From assembly GCA_963840855.1 (NCBI GenBank), contig CAWJBB010000019.1:1-26783 (forward strand): a stretch of DNA of 26,783 bases, written 5' to 3'. The notes under the pieces were generated by a model. It saw only the letters and a program-made list of their open reading frames with translations. It did no database searches and was not told the DNA's origin. This document shows, piece by piece, positions 20,168 to 26,783 of the stretch. Made by a program: the position numbers and the translations under genes. Source of the stretch: an uncultured delta proteobacterium. Its GTDB lineage: Bacteria; Desulfobacterota; Binatia; UBA9968. Position 1 is the first letter of the stretch. Every line of letters begins with the position of its first letter.

Positions 20168-20729
20168 TCACAAATGCGCCTTCATGCGCTCTTTCAGCGT
20201 CGTTTTGGCCCGCATAATCAGAGATTGGAGCGCTTTCAATTTCAGCCCCATCACGTCGGCAGCTTCCTGATTGCTCAATCCCTGCGTCAAAACAGAGATT
20301 CAAGGCTGTGCGCTGGCGTTCGGGCAGCGCCGCGATCTCTTTTTCCAACATTAATTGTGCTTCGGCTCCGCATCATGAGTTCGTCGGCCGTCGGCCGTTC
20401 ATCGGCCAGCGGCATCGTCTTTGTCAAGTACTTCACGGTTCGTTTCCTCTTGAGGCGGTCGAGGCATAGATTTGCCACGACCCGATAAAACCAGGTCGTG
20501 AACTTGTTGCTAAGCTCTGCCATGCCATTTCGCCGGCTCTTCCCATAACTTGAGAAAGGCGTCCTGGACGACGTCTTCGGCGCTCTCCTTGCTCTGTACG
20601 AAGCGATAGGCGATGCGGTAAGAACGCTCGGTGTGGCGCTCGCACCAGCTCGGCGAAAGCCTCATGGCTGCCGTTCTGGATAAGCTCGAGCAGTGCATGA
20701 TCGTCCTTATCAGGCCATGCGGTCGCCAT
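20168..20729 (-). pseudogene. ECF RNA polymerase sigma factor, multiple frameshifts
   Basis: Fragments across frames: DHALLELIQNGSHEAFAELV, AEDVVQDAFLKLW, KFTTWFYRVVANLCLD, LPERQRTALNL, GLSNQEAADVMG..ALQSLIMRAKTTLKE. Confidence 0.88.
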
Positions 20730-20889
20730 TGAAAAGTCTGGAATTTATGAAACTTTTTCATCATACACGCATCGCGCAGCGGAACCAAAACGCCAGGTTT
20801 GAAAGCCCGTTAACCATTATACGAATCAATCGGGAATAGTCTTCGGCGGAAGTTGTAGTGGTCTATTCGCGAACCGGAAGGCCCTCGTC

Positions 20890-20933
20890 GATTCCGGCTC
20901 GCGCTAGCTATCGCCAGCTTGGCCGGAATGACG
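20890..20933 (-). repeat. REP-like palindrome (CGTCATTCCGGC...GCCGGAATC)
   Basis: Perfect 8-bp inverted repeat ATTCCGGC 20891-20898 / GCCGGAAT 20922-20929, with a GTCATTCC head on the minus strand. Confidence 0.55.
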
Positions 20934-20952
20934 TATAAATAGGTCTCCCGAT

Positions 20953-21585
20953 TTAAGAGACACTCGCTACAAGGGCCGTGGGCGCTCGACCCTGCAATGA
21001 CAGCTGAAACAACGCGAGATCCCGCGCTGACCCGCTGTCGAGGGAGCACCATTCCAGCTCCTCGGCGTAAAGCCGCACCGTCGGTTTGAACCCGTTAACG
21101 GTTGGAACGAGATCGCGCAGGGTGTCATACCACGCGCGTCGTTCGTCGCGGTCGATGGGCGTGTCGTCCCGGGCATCGATTTGACGACAGAGTTCTGTCC
21201 AGCGCGGCAGCGGAAAGCCCAGTTTAAGATCATCAGGATAAAGCGACAGAGAGACTAGCCTTGGGCGAGTAAAGTGTTGGCTCTCGTCGAATTCTAGGAT
21301 AAAAGGCGGGTTTGAAACGTAATAATCGCAGGGCGGCACCTGCGCGCTCTTGATGAAGCCGCTATGTCCGCGCAAGTCGCCGAGGGCGGCGCGGATGCGC
21401 GCCAACGAGTTTCCGATGGCGCTCTTTTCGTAATCTTCGGGGCGGGCCGACCACGGAAACAAAACGTTGATCCGGCATTCACCGTAAAGGGCGGTCAGCA
21501 GCTCGCGCACGCGCTCTTTGCAAGGGCGGCAGTGGGCGGAGTGTACGCTGTTGTTCAAAACGTTCAATCGCTTTGCTCTGTTCAA
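20953..21585 (-). CDS. Putative Vsr/DUF559-like PD-(D/E)xK-fold endonuclease, 5' end uncertain
   Basis: CDYY...ILEFDESQHF...R...D..RD arrangement resembles the D-x-E-x-D-x-x-Q-H core of DUF559/Vsr nucleases. The TTG start lies inside a repeat. Confidence 0.55.
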   Translation of the reverse strand: MNRAKRLNVLNNSVHSAHCRPCKERVRELLTALYGECRINVLFPWSARPEDYEKSAIGNSLARIRAALGDLRGHSGFIKSAQVPPCDYYVSNPPFILEFDESQHFTRPRLVSLSLYPDDLKLGFPLPRWTELCRQIDARDDTPIDRDERRAWYDTLRDLVPTVNGFKPTVRLYAEELEWCSLDSGSARDLALFQLSLQGRAPTALVASVS

Positions 21586-21643
21586 ACCGCTGCGCTCCGT
21601 TCAAATCGCCGGATTTTCCAGAAACGGTTTGAACGATTGGAAC
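21553..21643. repeat. GTTCAA-based repeat cluster with inverted arm
   Basis: gttcaaaac gttcaatcg ... gttcaaaccg ctgcgctccgttcaaatcg ... cggtttgaac gattggaac. Perfect 10-bp IR at 21580-21589 / 21625-21634. Confidence 0.75.
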
Positions 21644-21689
21644 CTCGTGAGAATAGCCTAATACAGAATCAGACAAAGGAGAATCTCTA

Positions 21690-23951
21690 ATGGCAAAGAC
21701 AGCACCGATCATAGGCGCAGCTGTAGGGCGGGTTGAAGGCGCGGATAAGGTCAGCGGTCAGGCGACATATGGCGCGGACGTCCATTTTCCGGACGCCCTG
21801 TGGGGAAAGATTCTGCGTAGCCCCTATCCCCATGCCCGTATCAAAAGCATCGATGTGTCGAAAGCGTGGAAGGTCGATGGCGTGAAAGCCATCGTCACGG
21901 GCAAAGATGAGCCGGAGCACTATCAAGGCAAAAGCATTCGCGACATTCCGGTTCTCTGTTGGGACAAAGCGCGTTACATCGGCGACCGGGTGGCGGCGGT
22001 GGCGGCGGAGAGCCGGGACGCGGCGGAAGAGGCGATCGATTTAATCGACGTCGAGTACGAAGAACTGCCGGCGGTCTTCGATATCCTCGAAGCGATGAAG
22101 CCCGGCGCGCCGGTGCTGCACGATAACGCGCCGGGTTACGACGGCGCGCCGGCGGATATCATGGCTCCGGGCGGCGGCAACGTGGTGAACAAATTGACTT
22201 GGGGCAAGGGCGACGTTGAGAAGGGATTCCGCGAGGCGGACATCGTACTGGAACATCAGTTCCGCATCCCCATTCATCATCAAGGTTATCTCGAGCCGCA
22301 ATCGTTTCTCGTGAAAATTGAAGACGACGGCAAAGTCAACGCTTGGGCATCGACGAAAGGCCCCTTCGGCACGCGCGCACAATTTGCCAAGGCGATTGGA
22401 ATTCCGCCGAATCAGATCAGCATTCATGCCGTACATGTCGGCGCCGACTTCGGCGGCAAGAGCGGCGCGGGTGAGCTGCCCATCTGTTATTTTCTCGCCA
22501 AGCGGGCCAACCGGCCGGTGAAGATCCTTCTGACCCACACCGAAGAATTAACCGTTATGAATCCCGACCATTACACGGTGGTCAACGTCAAGACCGGTAT
22601 CAAGCGCGACGGGCGCATGACCGCGCGCTATCTTCAGGCGATTCACGGCACGGGGGCTTATGCGGGCATGAAGCCTGGGCGCGCGAGCATCGGCGGCGCC
22701 GGCTCGGCGGGGCCGTACAAGATCGACAACACTCATATGGAAGCGCTGCAAGTTTATACAAACACGGTTCCCTGCGGTTTTTGGCGCGCTCCGGGAGCGA
22801 TTCAAGCCGTCTTCGCCTCGGAGTCGCACGTGGATCTGATCGCCAAGGAATTGAAAATGGACCCGGCCAAATTCCGCATGATCAACCTGGTCGGCGAGGG
22901 CGAAGAAAATGCTCTCGGCAAGACATGGGGAGGGGTGAAGGCAAAAGAAACCTTGCAGGCCGCGCTCAACGCCTCCGGTTGGAAAACCCCCAAGCGCGCC
23001 AACTATGGGCGCGGCGTCGCCATGTACGAGCGCGGCACGGGGGCGGGCAAAGTATGGGTAAATCTGGCGGCTGAGCTCGATGGAACGTTCACCGTGTTCA
23101 CGGTGGCGGGCGATCAGGGAACCGGCTTGCAGACGGTCTTATGCCAGACGGTTGCCGCGGAGATGGAAGTACCTTACGAAAATGTGCGGTGCCGTATCGG
23201 CGCCACTTCGGATGTTTCCTACAGTGTCGATGTCGGCTTCGGCGGCAGCCGCTCGACGAACATCAACAGCGCTGCCGCCGTGCAGGCGAGCGCCGAGTTG
23301 CGCGGCAAGCTCAACGCGCAGGCGGCGAAGTTGCTCGGCTGCTCCGAGGATCAGGTTGTCTACAAAGGCGGTAAGTTTTCCGCCAAGGGAAGTAAAGGCA
23401 AGCCGTTGACATTGAGACAGGTCGTGCAAGCGAACGAGGGACCGGTGACCGTCAGCATTGAAACCGAAGTGCCGCGCAAAGGCTCGTCGACTTCTTTTAT
23501 CGCGCAGGTGGCGGAGGTGGAAGTCGATCCGGAAACCGGCAGCGTCAAGCTTCATAAATTTATCTCGGCCCACGATGTCGGCACGATTATCAACCCACTC
23601 GGCCACCAGGGACAGATCGACGGTGAGGCGGTCATGGCCATCGGTTCCGGTTTGATGGAAGAGTTGATCGACGATCATGGCAAGGTCACGACGACGAATC
23701 TCGGCGAATACAAAATCCCGAACATTCTCGATGTGCCCAAATTCCAAACCGTGCTGGTCAAAGGCAAGAACGGCCCCGGCCCCTACGAAGCAAAAGGCAT
23801 CGGCGAGCACGCCAACGTTAGCCCGCCGGCGGCAATCGCTAACGCAGTCCATGACGCGGTGGGCGTGAGGGTGTTCGACATTCCGGTGACGGCGGAGAAA
23901 GTGTATCAGGCGCTAAGAGAAAAGGCGCGAGGCACGAGGCGCGAGGCGTGA
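21690..23951 (+). CDS. Xanthine dehydrogenase family molybdopterin-binding subunit (CoxL/CutL-like)
   Basis: RSPYPHARI, VGADFGGK, FWRAPG, DQGTG, GGSRS, GQIDG and AKGIGE motifs. AAGGAG RBS. Confidence 0.93.
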   Translation: MAKTAPIIGAAVGRVEGADKVSGQATYGADVHFPDALWGKILRSPYPHARIKSIDVSKAWKVDGVKAIVTGKDEPEHYQGKSIRDIPVLCWDKARYIGDRVAAVAAESRDAAEEAIDLIDVEYEELPAVFDILEAMKPGAPVLHDNAPGYDGAPADIMAPGGGNVVNKLTWGKGDVEKGFREADIVLEHQFRIPIHHQGYLEPQSFLVKIEDDGKVNAWASTKGPFGTRAQFAKAIGIPPNQISIHAVHVGADFGGKSGAGELPICYFLAKRANRPVKILLTHTEELTVMNPDHYTVVNVKTGIKRDGRMTARYLQAIHGTGAYAGMKPGRASIGGAGSAGPYKIDNTHMEALQVYTNTVPCGFWRAPGAIQAVFASESHVDLIAKELKMDPAKFRMINLVGEGEENALGKTWGGVKAKETLQAALNASGWKTPKRANYGRGVAMYERGTGAGKVWVNLAAELDGTFTVFTVAGDQGTGLQTVLCQTVAAEMEVPYENVRCRIGATSDVSYSVDVGFGGSRSTNINSAAAVQASAELRGKLNAQAAKLLGCSEDQVVYKGGKFSAKGSKGKPLTLRQVVQANEGPVTVSIETEVPRKGSSTSFIAQVAEVEVDPETGSVKLHKFISAHDVGTIINPLGHQGQIDGEAVMAIGSGLMEELIDDHGKVTTTNLGEYKIPNILDVPKFQTVLVKGKNGPGPYEAKGIGEHANVSPPAAIANAVHDAVGVRVFDIPVTAEKVYQALREKARGTRREA

Positions 23952-24095
23952 GTCGGAACTCGGTCAAGAGCTACAAGGATCTGCTTGTTTGGCAGCGAAG
24001 CATGGATCTTGTCGAGAAGGTCTATTTAGCCATGTTGGTTTCAAGACTCTCTTAATGTGTTACTCATGCCTCGCGCCTCAAGCCTCACGCCTTTT
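23920..24095 (+). mobile_element. Internally deleted (MITE-like) four-helix-bundle element bounded by inverted AGGCGYG heptamer arrays
   Basis: Left arm 23920-23953 and right arm 24062-24095 are complementary at 30/34 positions. They enclose a truncated four-helix-bundle ORF. Mobility is inferred. Confidence 0.6.
23948..24055 (+). pseudogene. 35-codon in-frame deletion derivative of a four-helix-bundle gene
   Basis: Translates (M)SRNSVKSYKDLLVWQRSMDLVEKVYLAMLVSRLS*, matching both the N- and C-terminus of 25202-25555. Confidence 0.85.
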
Positions 24096-24109
24096 ATGAA
24101 GGAGAAACT

Positions 24110-25120
24110 ATGAACGATAGCAATTACAGTCGACTGAATTTTCTTTGCTGTGCGTTGTTTTTGCTCATCGTCATCTCATCGGGTGACGCGCAAGCCCAGG
24201 ACAAAATTAAAATCGCCTACAGCTCGACGGACACGCTGAATCAGATCTGGACCATCGCTCAGGAGGCCGGTTTCTACAAAAAGCACGGTTTGGACGTGGA
24301 TCTGGTTTACATCGGCAGCACGACGATCGGCGTCGCGGCCATTGTCGCCCAGGATATTCAGGTTGGTAACGCGGCGGGCAGCGGGGTTGCCAACGCTGCC
24401 GTCCGTGGCGCCGATACCGTAAGCGTCGCCTGCGTGATCAATGTTTTGGCTTACGAGCTTGTGGTACTTGAAAGCATCAAGACTGCCGAGGATTTGAAAG
24501 GAAAGTCGATCGGCATCAGCCGCTTCGGCAGCGCGTCGGACGTGGCCGCGCGGGAGCTATTGAAAGGGCTGGGATTGCGGCCCATGGATGACGTGAAAAT
24601 ATTGCAAGTGGGAGGCGCCTCGGAGCGAGCCGCGGGTTTTAGCCGCGGCGTGATCGCCGGGTTCCCATCGCCGCCCGGAAACGTGCACTTGATTCCCGGC
24701 GGCCTGCCACACCGAGTCCTCGCGGACATGGCCGATCTCAAAAAGCCCTATCCGTTGCCGTTCATCTGCGCGGTGACAACCAAAAGCTACTTGGCCAAAA
24801 ATCGCTCCGTCGTCAAGAGAGTCGTGATGGCGCTGATTGAAGCGTCGCATTATTTCAAGACCAACAAAGAGGGAGCGCAACGGATCGTCGCTAAATACCA
24901 GCGTGGAGCGAACAAGGCTTATCTGGATAGTTCCTATGAGTCCACCGCCAAGACCCTGGAGCGGGTTCCCTACACGACTCGCGAAGGGATGAAAATTCAG
25001 CTCGACGATGCCTTGAAACAGGCGCCCGGGAGCAAAGTCACGGTGGATAGCTTGATCGATGACAGCATCGTGCGCGAGTTGGAAAAAGAAGGATTCATCG
25101 ACCGGGTGTATGGGAAATAG
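24110..25120 (+). CDS. NMT1/THI5-SsuA-type ABC substrate-binding protein
   Basis: Signal peptide, GFYKKHGLDV and LKGKSIGISRFGS. AAGGAG RBS. Confidence 0.9.
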   Translation: MNDSNYSRLNFLCCALFLLIVISSGDAQAQDKIKIAYSSTDTLNQIWTIAQEAGFYKKHGLDVDLVYIGSTTIGVAAIVAQDIQVGNAAGSGVANAAVRGADTVSVACVINVLAYELVVLESIKTAEDLKGKSIGISRFGSASDVAARELLKGLGLRPMDDVKILQVGGASERAAGFSRGVIAGFPSPPGNVHLIPGGLPHRVLADMADLKKPYPLPFICAVTTKSYLAKNRSVVKRVVMALIEASHYFKTNKEGAQRIVAKYQRGANKAYLDSSYESTAKTLERVPYTTREGMKIQLDDALKQAPGSKVTVDSLIDDSIVRELEKEGFIDRVYGK

Positions 25121-25153
25121 GCGTGAGGCATGAGGCGCGAGGCGTGAGTAAGA
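25119..25153 (+). repeat. Left heptamer array (AGGCGTG-type x4) of the four-helix-bundle element
   Basis: aggcgtg aggcatg aggcgcg aggcgtg agtaaga, overlapping the SBP stop codon. Confidence 0.9.
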
Positions 25154-25201
25154 GTAAAAGATAAGAGCGTTCCACAATGCCGAAAGAGTCGCTGGAGTGA
25201 G

Positions 25202-25555
25202 ATGGTTAAAAGCTACAAAGATCTTTTGGTGTGGCAACGGAGCATGGACTTAGTTGAGACTGTGTACCGTTTCACGGGAAGTTTCCCGTCTGTGGAGCAG
25301 TGGGGATTGGTCTCTCAAATGAGGAGAGCAGCGATATCTGTGCCGTCAAACGTCGCTGAAGGTTACGGACGGCAAGCGACTGGCGAGTACAGGCACCATC
25401 TTTCGATTGGTCGTGGTTCGTTGCTCGAGTTGGAGACTCAGGTGCTCTTGGCGAAAAGGTTAAGATACCTGCAACCGGCGGATGCTGATTCTGTTTTGAA
25501 TGAAATTGAGGAGATTAGCAGAATGATTGCTACGCTGGTTTCAAAACTCTCTTAA
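25202..25555 (+). CDS. Four helix bundle protein (23S rRNA intervening-sequence protein / Avd-like family)
   Basis: SYKDLLVWQRSM...FP..E.WGL.SQMRRAA.SVPSN.AEG..R...RGSL.ELETQ family pattern, 117 aa. Confidence 0.93.
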   Translation: MVKSYKDLLVWQRSMDLVETVYRFTGSFPSVEQWGLVSQMRRAAISVPSNVAEGYGRQATGEYRHHLSIGRGSLLELETQVLLAKRLRYLQPADADSVLNEIEEISRMIATLVSKLS

Positions 25556-25559
25556 TGTA

Positions 25560-25590
25560 TTACTCACGCCTCGCGCCTCAAGCTCACGCC
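25560..25590 (-). repeat. Right heptamer array 1 (inverted)
   Basis: 25560-25580 is the exact reverse complement of 25131-25151 (21 bp). Confidence 0.9.
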
Positions 25591-25600
25591 CTTCTAGGGA

Positions 25601-25642
25601 ATTAGCCGTATGTTGGCAACATAGGTGTCGAAACTATCATGA
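25601..25642 (+). pseudogene. C-terminal remnant of another four-helix-bundle gene
   Basis: Translates ISRMLAT*VSKLS*, compared with ISRMIATLVSKLS* in the intact gene. Confidence 0.8.
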
Positions 25643-25645
25643 TAA

Positions 25646-25680
25646 TCTTACTCGCGCCTCATGCCTCACGCCTCACGCCT
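25646..25680 (-). repeat. Right heptamer array 2 (inverted)
   Basis: 25651-25673 is the exact reverse complement of 25119-25141 (23 bp). Confidence 0.9.
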
Positions 25681-25693
25681 TCTTGGAGGAATT

Positions 25694-26392
25694 ATGATTG
25701 ATCTTTATTATTGGACGACGCCCAACGGGCATAAGATCACGATCTTTTTAGAGGAGACGGGCCTGCCTTACACGCTCAAGCCGATAAATATAGGCAAGGG
25801 CGAGCAGTTCGCGCCGGAGTTTTTGAAAATTTCGCCGAACAATCGGATACCGGCGATCGTCGATCTCGAACCGGGCGACGGCAAGGGGCCGCTGAGCATT
25901 TTCGAGTCGGGCGCGATTCTCGAATATCTCGGCGATAAAACCGGCCAGTTTCTGCCCAGAGATGTGCGCGGGCGCGCCGAGGTCATGCAATGGCTTTTCT
26001 GGCAAATGGGCGGTCTCGGACCGATGCTCGGGCAGAACCATCACTTCCGCGGCTACGCCGCCGAGAAAATTACCTACGCCATTGAGCGCTACACGAAGGA
26101 AACCGAGCGGCTCTATGGCATACTCGACGAACGGCTCGCGGACCGCGAGTTTATCGCCGGCGATTATTCGATCGCCGATATGGCGTGTTATCCCTGGATC
26201 GTCTTACACGAGCGGCAGGGCCAGGATTTAAACGATTTTCCCGATCTCAAGCGCTGGTTCGAAACCATTCAAAAGCGCGACGCCGTCAAGCGGGCCTATG
26301 AGGCGGCGCGCAAGGTCAATCCCGATGCCAGAGGGATGAGCGAGGAAGCGAAGAAAATTCTTTTCGGCCAGGGGCGGCGAGCGCGAGTTTAG
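25694..26392 (+). CDS. Glutathione S-transferase / GSH-dependent disulfide oxidoreductase (YfcG/YghU-like)
   Basis: MIDLYYWTTPNGHK, ISPNNRIPAI, FESGAIL, WQMGGLGPM.GQ.HHF and YSIADMA. GGAGG RBS before ATG 25694. Confidence 0.93.
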   Translation: MIDLYYWTTPNGHKITIFLEETGLPYTLKPINIGKGEQFAPEFLKISPNNRIPAIVDLEPGDGKGPLSIFESGAILEYLGDKTGQFLPRDVRGRAEVMQWLFWQMGGLGPMLGQNHHFRGYAAEKITYAIERYTKETERLYGILDERLADREFIAGDYSIADMACYPWIVLHERQGQDLNDFPDLKRWFETIQKRDAVKRAYEAARKVNPDARGMSEEAKKILFGQGRRARV

Positions 26393-26430
26393 AATTTCTT
26401 TGCTTCGGTCGTGATGGAAAGGAGACAGCG

Positions 26431-26783
26431 ATGAGAATTGACATTCACAGCCATACCGCACCCGCCAATTACATTGAAGCAATCAGGCGCGATCCCAAGG
26501 GAATGGGTTGCCGCATTGAGAAGGATGAGCGGGGGAGCGAGATGGTTGTCCAGGAAAATGGCCGGTCGACACGCATTCGCCCCAATCTTATCGATCCTGA
26601 GCTACGTTTGCGCGAAATGGCTGTGGAACAAATCGATGTGATCGTCGAATCGCTGTTGCCGCCGCTGCTGCCTATGTGGGCTCCGACTTCAATTGCCGTG
26701 CGGGTTTGCCAAACCGTTAACGACGCGCTCGCCGAAGATGCCGCGGGTTATCCGGGACGGCTGATTGGCATGGCCATAGTGCC
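26431..26783 (+). CDS. Amidohydrolase_2 family (ACMSD/LigW-like) protein, truncated by the window end
   Basis: AAGGAG RBS, then MRIDIHSH (DxHxH metal motif) ... RLREM...IDV...NDALAE...YPGRLIG. Frame is open to the window end and absent from the ORF track. Confidence 0.85.
   Translation, partial: MRIDIHSHTAPANYIEAIRRDPKGMGCRIEKDERGSEMVVQENGRSTRIRPNLIDPELRLREMAVEQIDVIVESLLPPLLPMWAPTSIAVRVCQTVNDALAEDAAGYPGRLIGMAIV

Noticed and set aside
21690-23951. Aerobic CO dehydrogenase coxL
   Set aside because: Lacks the AYxCSFR loop and has no coxM/coxS or accessory genes nearby.
25202-25555. rRNA operon with an intervening sequence
   Set aside because: No rRNA sequence flanks the gene. Its neighbours are protein-coding.
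23920-25680. CRISPR array or DGR suggested by the repeats and the Avd-like gene
   Set aside because: The repeats are 7-nt tandem units without unique spacers. There are no cas genes, no reverse transcriptase and no TR/VR pair with adenine-specific differences.

Overview
Bacterial chromosomal segment of moderately high GC. The gene mix (orphan solute-binding proteins, xanthine-dehydrogenase-family subunit, amidohydrolase, cupin) suggests a Binatota/deltaproteobacterial-type organism, which is inference only. In order: TctC/Bug-like SBP, cupin, ABC SBP, two tandem Rieske ferredoxins with homologous helical N-terminal extensions, an S1C protease-MoxR-DUF58-VWA operon, a frameshifted amidase, an NMT1/SsuA-type SBP whose Pro/Ala linker and LysM domain are hidden by a 1-bp frameshift, cbpM plus cbpA/dnaJ, a small lipoprotein, an ECF sigma/anti-sigma/periplasmic-sensor cluster upstream of macA-macB-OMF, a Vsr/DUF559-like nuclease, an XDH-family Mo subunit, a second NMT1-type SBP, a four-helix-bundle gene, GST and a partial amidohydrolase. 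The most notable signal is at 23.9-25.7 kb. A four-helix-bundle (23S-IVP/Avd-like) gene is bracketed by inverted AGGCGYG heptamer arrays. Two unannotated relics of the same unit lie nearby: an in-frame internally deleted 35-codon mini-copy and a stacked C-terminal remnant. Each unit sits between a stop codon and the next gene's RBS. ORF-less inverted short-repeat hairpins occur at other gene junctions. Together these suggest a transposase-less, hairpin-bounded intervening element family. Several indels look like long-read assembly errors.
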